From Epiperipatus broadwayi (Eukaryota; Animalia; Onychophora): a stretch of DNA of 64,000 bases. Positions 52,430 through 64,000 of the stretch are shown one piece after another (the first letter of the stretch is position 1; every line of letters starts with the position of its first letter). The position numbers were made by a program, and so were the translations under genes. The stretch lies in NCBI GenBank assembly GCA_028023455.1, contig JAQFVV010000007.1, positions 15,562,001 to 15,626,000 of the forward strand. Reading direction: 5' to 3'. Under the pieces are notes generated by a model, which was not told the origin of the DNA, searched no databases, and saw nothing but the letters and a program-made list of their open reading frames with translations.

Positions 52430-53500
52430 ATATATATGTAAACAGAGAGTAAATCACCCTTCCTCATGAATTCATCTATTTTTGGAGATCTGATGTTTCT
52501 AAGCATACCTTTGTCAACATTTCTGGTAATTCAGAGTGAATATGATATATCAGACAGATGGAATGTGGTACTTGATATTTATTAAATTCATAATCAATTA
52601 TACAAGACTAGAAACAATCTCTCTTAACACCATGATTATAGTAATTGATTTATAAAATTGAACATGGAATTGGTAATAAGGTACATATAGGACAGACAAG
52701 AAGAACATTAAGTGATAGAGGGAAGGAACATGATGGAGCAATTAGTAGGAAAAATATAGACCAGAACCATGTATACGTTATTTAGATATTGGTCATAAAA
52801 TGGAATGTGAGAAGAATATTATAGTTATAAAATATAAAATACAAAAAAACATTCTGAGTGAACTAAAACTATCAAAAATAAAAGAGAAAATCAAAATGAA
52901 TGTTAGAAGCTATAGAGAGATAATCACAAAGAAAAAAAGCCAAAATTAAAAAAATAAAGATCTTTTAAGAAAACTTGATTGAAAATTTTAAAAAATATCT
53001 TAGATAATGAGCAAGATTTAATATGTAAACTTTAATTTGAATATAGCCCAATGTATATGCAAACAAGAGAGTAAATCACTCCCTTAGGATATGAATTAAA
53101 ATCATTCCAAATGTTGAACAAAGATCAAGAATAGAACAAATTCACATATTTTTGGACCTCTGATGTTTATAAGTATAACTTTGTCAACAGTGTTGGTAAT
53201 TCAGGGTGAAATTAATATACCCAAATAAAATATGCCACTTAATAGTTGTTAAACTAATAATCAATTATACATGGCTGTAGGCTGAATCTCTCTTTTGATA
53301 CCATGATCTGGTTAATATATTAATTTCACTCTGAATAGCTAACAGTGTTGACAAAAAGGTATGTGTATAAACACCAGAACTCCAAAATAAAAATGGATGG
53401 ATTTACTCTATTCTTGATACTTTTATTTAACATTTAGAGTGATTTTAATTCATAGCCTGAATGAGAACGATTTTACTCCATTTGTTTACTTATTTAGTGA
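52430..53500 (+). pseudogene. Penelope-like element remnant: direct repeat - GIY-YIG fragment - direct repeat - inverted repeat
   Basis: About 52648-52780 translates to IYKIEHGIGNKVHIGQTRRTLSDRGKEHDGAISRKN. 52430-52640 is repeated at 53055-53300, and 53060-53215 is inverted at 53310-53495. Confidence 0.75.
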
Positions 53501-53591
53501 GCTATGTTTAATTTAATGTAGTATTGGATGCCACACTAGGTGTTGTGCATATACAATATACTTGCAGTATTTATCATTTATATGCACAGAG

Positions 53592-53693
53592 ATAGTGTGT
53601 GTACTGCATGAAGTACCAGACCAGTTTTAGAAATAAATTGAAATAGTGTGTGTACTGCATGAAGTACCAGACCAGTTTTAGAAATAAATTGAA
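53592..53693. repeat. Perfect 51-bp tandem duplication
   Basis: atagtgtgtgtactgcatgaagtaccagaccagttttagaaataaattgaa occurs twice. Confidence 0.95.
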
Positions 53694-56600
53694 ACCATAA
53701 AAGTCTATGCGAAATAGTTTGATTTCAGAATTGGATAATTATACAAATATGGGATGTTGTGGCATATTTTTATTAATTATAAGGATATTTTAATTAGGGA
53801 AGTTAATTGTTAAAGTTGCTGGCAGGCAAACAGAAAGTTAAGACCAAACCCTTGAGACTGAGGAAAATGACATAAAGTATCACTTCAGTATTTGACTGTT
53901 CAAACATATGATCAAATATTATTGTCAATGATAAACAAGCGCTATATTATTTCATATTCACAATGGCTTGATGAGTGTCAAGCAGGTCCATGATGGATTC
54001 CTTGAGGTAAAGACCCTGTTCAATCTCAACCCGTACTTCGTATAGATCACAAGCAATTAGAGTAGTAGTAACAATAGCAGCTGTTATGCCTTTGTTTAAT
54101 GTCTCAACATGTGTAACTGACATTACCTTAATCGATAAATAGTGCATAATGGGATTGCATATTTCTTTATAAAAAGTATTTGTCCACAATGGGAATGATG
54201 TATTGATACCGAAGTTGATTAAAAAAGTTGGATTTTTAAAAAATATATATATACACAAATATAATTAGAGGAATTTGAATTCCGACTTTTTCAGTCTATT
54301 CATTCTCCACTCCATCTCAAGCAACCTATACACATGACAACATACATGCGAAAAAAAATACACGATCCCCAATATACGTATTTTATGGAGAATCACTTAT
54401 GAATAGACTGGAAAAGCCCGAATTCAAATCCATCTAATTACATATATAGAAAATATTCAACATAAGCAAATTATATACACAAATATATATGTAATCTGTA
54501 CTACGTACTAATAATCATAGTTTATTTCAATTTTCCTGTATCCGAATGTCACATGATTTTCGAAGTAAATGGCTATTCGATAAATTTTTTTGTGTCCCTG
54601 TTAAATGGGCTCCATGGTGATATATATATATGTACGGTTAAACTGGCACGTATCACTGGCAAATAGTGAAAACATGTCCTTATAAAAAAGTGAAAAACTC
54701 CACCAGGCTGTAACAGAATGACGCACTGATATCGAAGCTGGTTTTAAAAAAAAAAGATTTTGTAAAAATCATATATACAATATATCTATAAATTTGTAGT
54801 CAAAAATACTTATTGATAATCATTATTTGCTTCAGTTAGCGTAATTAACAAATTCTATACTCCCCCCCCCAAAAAAAAAAAAAAAAAAATACCAGAAAAA
54901 TCTCATACTTGAAATATCTGTTTTTGTTTTTTTTTTAAAATAAAACAAAAAAAAAAAGAATTTTTTGTAGAATAAAGAAAAATTAAAAATAGATTTTCTG
55001 CTGAGTGCAGATCCAGTTAAATAGCATTTTTGTTTCTAGTAGATTTGATGGATCAACAAAGTTTATAGGACCAAACAGCAAATAATCTGAGCACTTGATC
55101 TAGCTGCCGGCTGTGTTCACTTCTTATCCCCACCAGCCAAAAAGTTTTATTATGAATCATGGGCAAAATGTCAAACTAAGAATTGTTTGCTTTTGATCCA
55201 ACTTCATCTGAATTATTTACCTTACTTCCTTGTAAGATTTTTTTTTTTTGGAATTTAACTGTACATTTTATTACTATTTATCCAAATACTTTCTACTATG
55301 TACACATTCTTAAAAAAAGTAGCTTCCTAATATTCGACCTTTTTTTACTTCACATCATGTGTCTGTGTGTGTGTATATATATATGTGTGTGTGCATATAC
55401 TTTCATATAATCAACGCATATGCATTAAATCGTATTCGTATGCAGTTCTTAACTAAGTGAAAGACATTTTGAGCATAGTATAAAATTTTTTTGAAGCACC
55501 TGCGTGTAAGCTTTAATTTTAAAATATATTAGTGTTCTATTAAAGGATAAGTTTACCGATTCCAATGAGTCGTGGTGAAAAACATTCAGTAGTCCACTAA
55601 CAGAGGCGCTCTCGTTTCCTAACTTATTTTTATAGAAAATCTGTTATGTGTCAACGTTGATTTTAGATTCTCTGTTATACATCTTAATGAAATGATTATT
55701 TGGTTCTAAAAACGTGACGCTAACAATGGAAAGCTACATATAATGATAAATAGAGCGTCTGACATGGGATAGAGGGGTCCCAGGATTGATATTGATGCTC
55801 GCAGGTCTGGAGCTTGAACTTCTTATGAAGTCCCAAGCAATAAAGCCGTATGCCCCCCCCCCGGATTAATGATAATTGTGTCCACATTTCTATCATTTGG
55901 ATCTCCTTTGAAAACCTTTTCCCAAGCAGAAATTTTGACGTATACTCTTAGTTATAAACATATATATTTTTAAAAACTATAATAGCTGTAGTGATTTGAA
56001 TATGTATATATAATGTAGTCCTAATATGCATTTTAACTTTGCCATATTTTTGAAGCTAAGCCTAAACCCACACAATCTTGAGACACAACATACAATTATT
56101 CTGCATTTATTAATTCCTTGTAATTGTCACTTCTAACTCTGAAATTTCATGTGAAGTTTTGAAAAATAGCCTTTTGATTATTTTTAACTGATGTAAGTCA
56201 CTACACTTAGAAATAATGGATTGATTTAAATACCAGCTTTTTAAAGTAGAAAGATGAACTTGTATGTAGAGATGCAATACAGACTGATAAACTGCTGCAC
56301 TTAAGAAAATTATAAGATTTTATTATAGTAATACAACAACTCAGTTAAATTTAGTTGCATATTAGAAGTATTATGGACCCCTAGCAATGTAATATAAAGA
56401 TTGCAGAAAAAAACTTATTTAAGGTTACTCCATAAGGCTTGAAATTAAAATGGCAACAGTATAAAGAAAAATTAATGTGTTTTTTCAGTTTTGTGAATGT
56501 GATATATTACTGAACATGATATTGTAAACATTGAACAGATATAGCTGAGTATATAACAGAGCTATTTATTATTCAAGGTATTGAAGACTTTCCAAAAATA

Positions 56601-57693
56601 AAGTTCATTAAAGAGGAAATTAAAAAACATAGTTGGAAGATGCCAAAATATTGGCTCAATTAAGAAACATTATTGGAAAGTGCCAAAATATTGGCTAAAT
56701 GACCAGAGTATGGGGTATGTTGGATATGTTTTTATTGCAAAGATTTTTCACAAATTCTTTTTTTCAATTTTTTATTCTATGCTTTTTATCTTTTTCTGAA
56801 GTTAAAATTACAATATTTGTTTGCAAATGACTGATAATAATAATGTTATAATGAAATTATTTATTTACGTCTTCCATACAATTTGAAATATATAAACCAT
56901 TTGCAGTTGGATAATCTAAATATACAATATATATATATATATATGTTCTGTAAAATTAAAATATCAATATGATCGATGGTAAATATACACATATAGAAGT
57001 ATTATATATAGAGCTGGCAAAATAAGCTCTTAGACAAGCTTTGCAAGCTCTATATATAACATTTGTGAATACAAGCTTATTAAATTAGGTCAGGTGATAT
57101 CTGACTTGATTTTTTTTTTGTAATATATACAAGTAATACTTCCTACAATATAGTTTTTATTTTATTTAGAAATGTTGCCAATAGGTAAAATGTTTATTCC
57201 AACATGTTAATAGATTTATGCAGCATACCTATTCTTTTTAAAATAGAATAATCTGAATACAGAATTTTTTAATATTTATTTTTATTTTTTCATAATAACA
57301 TGTCTTTCTGATTACACATCCATCCCCATTACAACTATTGCATTATCTATGACCCATAACAGTCTAAAGCTAGCTAAGCAAAGTAACCAAACTACTCATT
57401 AAAGTTTTGCTATATATATACGTGCCGCCTATGTTTATTATTTATTGTTTCTGAAATCTAATTTTAGTTATACAATTTGATAAACATAAATTCTAACATA
57501 AATTATTATATAACTGATGTTTAGATCTTTTGATTATCTTTTTTTTTTTTTTTACAAATAAGATGTAGTATTTATTCAAATCAGCATTTATATATTTATT
57601 GAAATTAATATATATTTTTTGAAGCATATCCTTCATTGTTACATTATTTCTGTTACAAAGTGTGCTACAGGCAAGACCAAAGCTTTAAACAGT

Positions 57694-57806
57694 TTTTTTT
57701 TTTTTAATAATTTTTTTTTCATGTGTCAAAGCATTGCCCGGCCAGGAAGCGAACCCGCGACAACTGTTTGTAAGGCGGCTGTGCTGACCACTCGACCACT
57801 AATGCT
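57694..57806 (-). mobile_element. tRNA(Val-like)-derived SINE
   Basis: The minus strand reads agcattagtggtcgagtggtcagcacagccgccttacaaacagttgtcgcgggttcgcttcctggccgggcaatgctttgacacatg plus an A-rich tail. It has A and B boxes but no proper acceptor stem. Confidence 0.75.
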
Positions 57807-58674
57807 TATTGTGAAAAAAAATCTAGTAATACAGTAGAGTTGGGTTAATCAACATTGAAAAAAAAAACAATCTTGAAAAGAAAAAAATTTACAGACATTG
57901 ATAATGAGTTATGAACATTTGAGCTGTGATATTGCTTTGTCTGCTCTTGATTAGTTTAAATTGGGAAGGTCAAAAAGGGATCAAGTGTCTTTAAATAATT
58001 TACAAAGGTCGTCTCTTGTTTTGATTTTATACATTGTCCCGAGAAAGAAGAGCTCCTCTTCTTGTTTTGATACCATTGTTTCTATGAAGTTTTTACCATT
58101 TCTCAAAATTCCCCTATAATTTTAGATTTATTTTATTTCTTAGTAGTGTATTCTATTTATAAAGTGATTATTATAAAATTTATTCCAAGATTTTTGTGAG
58201 ATATATATATTTCATTATCTATATAATAATTTGTACCAAAAAATGTAGTTTTTAATATATAACACAATATTTTGTAACATTTATTTTCATGCTAATTATA
58301 TAATATACGTTTTCAACATTATTGAAATCTTAATATAATTTAATCACATTGAATGGATCATTTATTACCTTAAATATTTTATCATCTTATAATAAAATTT
58401 ATGAATGCTTTATATCATTGGCATTTTTGGGCCATATTGTTAAAAAAAGTTTTCTTGAGACACACTGCTTTATATCAGAGGTTTTGAATCTCTGGACAAC
58501 ATTGAAGAAAAAAAAGGCGTTGTCTTGAGACACACACTAAATATAAAACTCTACTGAAAGTTGATAATTCTATAAAATTTTTTACTTCCTTTTATTATGT
58601 AATTCTATAATAAGCATTTATTCATTTCCCAAGAAAATATTAATTTCTTTAGACATTAAATAATAATTAGACTT

Positions 58675-58790
58675 TTAAATAATAATTATCCGAGCAATGC
58701 TTCCAACCACTGAGTTTAAGTGTTGTGAATATGACCTTCCAGCTTGATGGAAGCATTGCTTAGCTAAGTATTATTTAAAGCTAATAAAGA
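58675..58790. repeat. Short fold-back element (about 35-bp arms)
   Basis: ttaaataataattatccgagcaatgcttcca is inverted against tggaagcattgcttagctaagtattatttaa. Confidence 0.7.
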
Positions 58791-58834
58791 GAAATACAGG
58801 CTTGTTATATATTTGTATCAATATATGTAATATA

Positions 58835-59060
58835 TAGGGTATATGAGCACAGACTTTCACATGACCTACCACTCTATCTCATAGCACTGATATACTTGAA
58901 CACATATATGTCGAAAAGATAAATAAACACCAATATACTTATTGCATGCTAAACCTGCAATCATCAGTTGGTCCAGATTATCATCTCTACACATTCAAGT
59001 GTATCAGTGTTATGAGATAGAGTGGTGGATTGTGTGAAAGTTTGTACTCATATACCCTAG
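58835..59060. repeat. Fold-back element (about 65-bp arms)
   Basis: agggtatatgagcacagactttcaca...ccactctatctcatagcactgatatacttgaa is inverted at 58994-59059. Confidence 0.85.
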
Positions 59061-60879
59061 ATATTATTTAAAGCTGAATAAATTAATCTTTTCTTTGGAA
59101 GTGAATAAACACTTATAGAAAGCTGATAAGCCAACAAACAACACATGATCATCATTTCTTATGCTTGCTTATAACTGTTATTAAAACAATATGTATAGAG
59201 AGTTTTGCCTGTTTTAAGAAAGCTGATAAGTAAAAAAAAAAAGGTCTGTGCATAATTTTCATGTTATCCACCACCAAAAAAAAATCTCAAATAATAATCC
59301 TAATTATGATTGATCCATCCAGAGAGTCATATAAAATCATCAAGCATTTTTATGATCAATATAGAAAATGTAACATCATTAATGTTTTTTGTATTTGTTT
59401 TTATTATAAAACTAAAAGGAGAAAACAAAAGTACTTTGATATTTGACATTGTATTTGAGTGTGGTACATATGTATATTTTAATCACAAAAAAATCTCACA
59501 ATATTTTAAATAAGTTTATGATTTTATGTTTGCCACAGGTTGAACAACCCTGCTTTATATCTGCTGTGAAAATGATACCTAATAGTGGTACAATAACTCC
59601 TTGAGTTATACTTTTTGATGGATGCTTATTAATTCACTAGATATACTATTGAGATAAATATAAGTTCACAGTCTTTCAATTAATAGCTTTTATGTATATA
59701 CTCACTTATATTACTTTGATTTTAATTTATGCTGATTCAATTTATATTGATGATGATTACTGATGCTAAAATTCTATCACTTTGATTATTAATAATTTAT
59801 GACAAAATCAGTATTGATGATGATGATGATCATTGACATACAAATGTATCCTTAAAAGTTGCAAAAGTTTTAAATTGATATTTTATTGTGAACTTCTCAC
59901 AGAATACTTTCAAAAAGTAGATCTGGATATGGCTATTTATTGGATTTATTTTAATAATTTCCAATTGCTACATACTCTTGAGAAAACCCAAAGTGAAATG
60001 TCAAAGAACATTTTAAAAATAATTATAAATCATCTATAAAATGATATTATGTGCCCCATACTTTTTTAAAAAATTGATTACTAAGAAGTAGAATAGGGGA
60101 TGGTATTATTTGTAGACTTTAAAACATAATGAATGAGTGAGTACTTAATCCAATTAAACTGAATTTTTACTCGAAGTAGAAATAGCCATGTTGAAATTGT
60201 CTTCATAATATGAGACAATCTTAATTCCTTTGTGCTAAGAAAGCTAAACCAATAAATGATGAAAAGAATTGATGAGATGGATAGATGTCATTTTTATTAG
60301 TGCCTGTTTTGAAGTCAATTTGATGTCTAATTGTAATAAATGAATAGTTAATTGGTTGGGATATATGATGTTTGAGCACAAAAGCATTAAATTGAGTTTC
60401 TAAAAGTATTCAAATGATTTATTGTTTATAGATCATTTGACATTTAAACATCGGAAGAAACAGTTTGAACTTCAGTCCAGGAATCCTTAGCTCCCATGTT
60501 AATTACTCTACTATGGCCTAAACCTAGGAATTAATAACAGAACAATTAACATAAAAAAGAAATAACACTATTCAACAAAGTTGACACAATGAAAATTAAT
60601 AGTCAATGGACAATAAATTTATTAACTTATAATATATTTTAAACATTTAAGTTATGATATAAATTTAAAAATGAAATGTTAAGGGTCATATTTGAATTTA
60701 TTATCTAGCATATGGAGAGTTTTTAATAGGTAGTTTAACTATTAAAAATATACCATAACAGAACCAGTAGAGATTCAACCAGAGGATATAATTATTAGTG
60801 GCTTTATAAAGTCTTTCAACTTTACCACTATAATTTTAGATATGATACATCATTAACTGTGATTTATGAAATATTATAA

Positions 60880-61160
60880 CTTTATCTTTCTTATTGCATT
60901 GCCACATCCATATAATATTATCATCTATATTTTTTATTACTTTTTACAACACCTTTTTTACAATCCACTACTGACAGTTTCGATTGTCCCAGCTATCCTC
61001 CTCAGAACTTCTACTTATATTTCCAAAAATTACTTTTTACAATGCTTTTTTACAATCCACTACTGACAGTTTCGATTGCCCCAGCAATAAGAAGGTTGCT
61101 GGGACAATCGAAACTGTCAATAGTGGAATTAAAAAAAGCATTGTAAAAAGTAATAAATAT
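60880..61160 (-). mobile_element. Family B element: two head-to-tail units (92-bp period) plus one inverted unit, with intact hammerhead core
   Basis: The minus strand at 61010-60967 reads CTGAGGA-G-GATAG-CTGGGA-CAATC-GAAAC-T-GTC. The unit repeats at about 61030-61090 and is inverted at 61098-61153. Confidence 0.85.
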
Positions 61161-62814
61161 AGCTGATATTAATATTATATGTGATTTATGGTTTGTGTTT
61201 GACTGCATCTGCATAGATCAATGGCTCTTAAATTTCATTTATAAAGCAGATGAACACAACTGTGGTTTACATTATATCTGATGATAACAAGATTCCAATA
61301 ACATCTATCAAATCTAGATGCTTTTCCTGTCTGATCTGAAAAAATCCATAAGGATACTGATTTGAGATGAGTCTTAGTGGTAAAATGTGTTATTTGGCAT
61401 CCTATATACACAATAATTTTTAAAGCAAAGTCTCAGCTGATATCTGATATAGAAATATATGAAAGAATAGGAAATCAATGTCAAGGAATAGACTTCGAGT
61501 GTAGTAGTAATATTTCTCGTGATATTAGAATATTCAGAAAGTTTAGTGTGTCCACCTTTTCAATTTGGAATTTATTTGTAATATTTGTCTTGGTAATGTT
61601 GGAGTATTTAGGAGTTTAGGAGGAGTCACTTTTTCTTCAAATACTAGAGAATAAAATTTATAACAAGGAAGGTGAATTACTAAACGTTTAGTTAAAGTTC
61701 TCTGTTTCCAGATACTTCACCCCCAGGGGGAAAAATCCTGAAAAAAAAATACATACTTTTAGTTTATATGTGATTTAATACATATTTATAAATCTCAGTA
61801 GATTTAATAAACAATTGATTAACATAATAATAATTGTTAAAATGTGTCGAAGTTTTTCCTGTAAATTTGAAGTTCGCTAACATTCTTATTCATTTTGTAC
61901 GTTTAGTTGAAATCTGTTGCAAATAATTAATTTGAATACAACTGGTTTCCATTAAACTGTATGATTTTTCTACTTTGATATTTTTTATTTAAACACTGTT
62001 TTGTTAAAAACATCAGAGCAATTATTAAAAAGGAAGCTTCACAAAAGGAGCTAATAATACTGTGAATCTACTTTGGAAAATTATATTGTCTCCTTAACGC
62101 TGCAACTGTTATTATATAAAACACCATTTTCTAAGTTGATAGCTGGCATAAAAATAAATATTGTTTGATGTTGCCATGATAAAACTGAATCTCAGTGGAA
62201 TAACTTGGACACACCCATAACCCGGAGTTGCTGAAAGATATTAAAATTTGTAAATGACTACTTTAGCAGAAATTGCATGCAAAATTGTTCTCTTTTTAAA
62301 AGATTATTAAAACATATTGAAAGACACTTCCATTAAATTTTTTTTAGTCTGTACTTGTATTATATATTATATGAAAAGCTTCATGGGCATTGGTCAAGGC
62401 ATATTACTGGGAATTACAAGAAATATTAGTATTCCACATCCCTATATAATTGTCTCCTAGTCAATCCAGATCTTTCTTAATAGAAAAATACCTTAATAAA
62501 GGGTAAAACAAAATGAAACTAATCTCATCATTTGGATAGTGTTGTGAGTAGTATTATCTATGTTTTTCTGCACATGGATGCTGTAAATACTTTTATTCTG
62601 GTAGATATTTAAGAGTCTAATATTGTCTTCAACGTTTTTCTGCAAGAGATGCTAAAAATATATTTATTTTAACATGATCATTTAAATTAAAGGCTGCAGA
62701 TTACCCCAATCTATTCGTTATATTATTTAATTTATATTCCTAAGAGCTGGTGTAATTATTAGTCAATTGAGCATTAAGCCTAGGTGACAACACTTGATCA
62801 TCATTATTGATCAT

Positions 62815-63345
62815 CTATTAAAACAATAGCAAAGTCTCATACAGTAGTGACACCCAGTGCAAGCCATAATAATCAGTGGATGCTAAAAAGTTTGTGCATA
62901 AAATTCCTATCTAGTATCTACTCATCCAACATCTCCAAACTAATTTATAGCTTATAGATTTTATCACTAATGAACTTTGAATATGGGAACAGTTGCATCT
63001 AGATCCATGGATCTAATGCAACCCTCCACCTATTTCCTTTTACTTATTTAGTTAACTGTAAAAGTATGAGCTCAAGAAGTAAACCCAGTAATGTTTTCAG
63101 TCCAAACTTAATTCATTTCTACATACAGGTCTGAACCCAGTTCAGTATTTATTCATTTTAGTGTCTGTAGTTTTTTAATAACCATAGTTACCATTATCCC
63201 ATGGATAGGATTGGTATTAAATGACTAAAACATCACATGATCATCATTTCCTATGCATTCATAAGTTGTTAAAACAGTAACAAAGTCTCCATACAGTAGC
63301 AGCCATTGATTACTCTGGCTTGCACTGAGTGACACTACTGTGTGC
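62815..63345. mobile_element. Family A compound copy
   Basis: gcaaagtctcatacagtagtgacacccagtgcaagcc at 62830. A degenerate core lies at 62931-62975 (-). A second start caaagtctccatacagtagc at 63281 is joined to ccattgattactctggcttgcactgagtgacactactg. Confidence 0.8.
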
Positions 63346-63522
63346 TGATAAGTATTATATTCTTTTATTGATTTGATACAAAGAGATGCACTTGATGTTT
63401 TTTTTAGTAATACTTTAGTTAAAGATCTTGTTTTACTTTTTATCTCTTTTTACTTCTTCATATACTTACATGCATACACTTTCTACTTTTTGTTTATTAA
63501 ACATGTTTTTTTTTTTTTTTAG

Positions 63523-63605
63523 TTGTCCTCCTGGATACTACCCAAGAGTCTGTATTAGATTGGACTCGCTTCCCTCCGCCAGAATCAAATTCTGGAACAC
63601 AAGGG
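63523..63605 (+). CDS. Eph: Eph receptor tyrosine kinase, early coding exon (start of the ephrin-binding domain)
   Basis: Strong acceptor (T)n-ag| and donor |gtaagt. The 83-bp exon has phase 1 to 0 and reads (V)VLLDTTQESVLDWTRFPPPESNSGTQG. This matches the Eph N-terminal VVLLDTT...L.W..YP...G(W) motif, recalled from memory of Drosophila Eph. Confidence 0.85.
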
Positions 63606-64000
63606 GTAAGTCATTACATTATAACAGATGAATGAATTACTGTTTTAGTACTTATATATTCAATTAAAACTTCTTTTAACTTATGAATGTTAACTTGTGT
63701 TCACTTTCTAATATTTTATAAATATTAATGTATAACTTATTAATTCAACATATATATGATTGGGATTACAATTTAATCATAATTTGGTTTCGCAACAATT
63801 GCATTATTTCAATGAGTTAAAGAAATACCTTTGATTTGTTTCAAAATAATTTTATTTTATACTAGTAGAATAATAACTGCAGTATTTTATTTTTTCTGTC
63901 TGGTGTTTCTTATCTTAATGCAGATACTAAATGCAAGTTGAAATATATATATATTTTTCTTAAGCGTATTATAATATCTATGTAAATGTTTCAAATATTC

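Noticed and set aside
53947-54258. 103-aa minus ORF with YEVRV...ESIMDLL, superficially kinesin-like
   Set aside because: The spacing does not fit the kinesin SYLEIYNE motif, and there are no clear splice boundaries or further exons.
57694-57806. Intact tRNA gene
   Set aside because: The acceptor and D stems do not pair, and the shared 3' tag and A tail indicate a SINE. The same holds for 6658, 17787 and 44985.

Overview
This is very AT-rich, CpG-depleted eukaryotic genomic DNA, probably from an arthropod (inferred from the Eph exon and the repeat types). Most of it is intronic or intergenic sequence full of transposable-element debris. Best-supported content: (1) a full-length RTE-clade LINE on the minus strand (3060 to beyond the left edge), with an uninterrupted ORF of at least 911 codons and an HDV-like ribozyme fold at its 5' end, plus at least 7 truncated RTE copies; (2) one 83-bp coding exon of an Eph receptor tyrosine kinase (63523-63605, +); (3) a hAT-type MITE, tRNA-derived SINEs and Penelope-like (GIY-YIG) remnants. 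The most striking feature is about 15 non-coding fold-back insertions from several families whose inverted arms differ in length between copies. At least two related groups carry minimal type I hammerhead ribozyme cores, and one family has a tRNA-derived head. This pattern suggests non-autonomous, ribozyme-bearing elements mobilised by Penelope-like machinery rather than classical MITEs. Almost all ORFs in the supplied track are antisense shadows or chance ORFs. No CRISPR array, rRNA or intact tRNA gene was found. Boundaries of degenerate repeats are approximate (about +/-20 bp).
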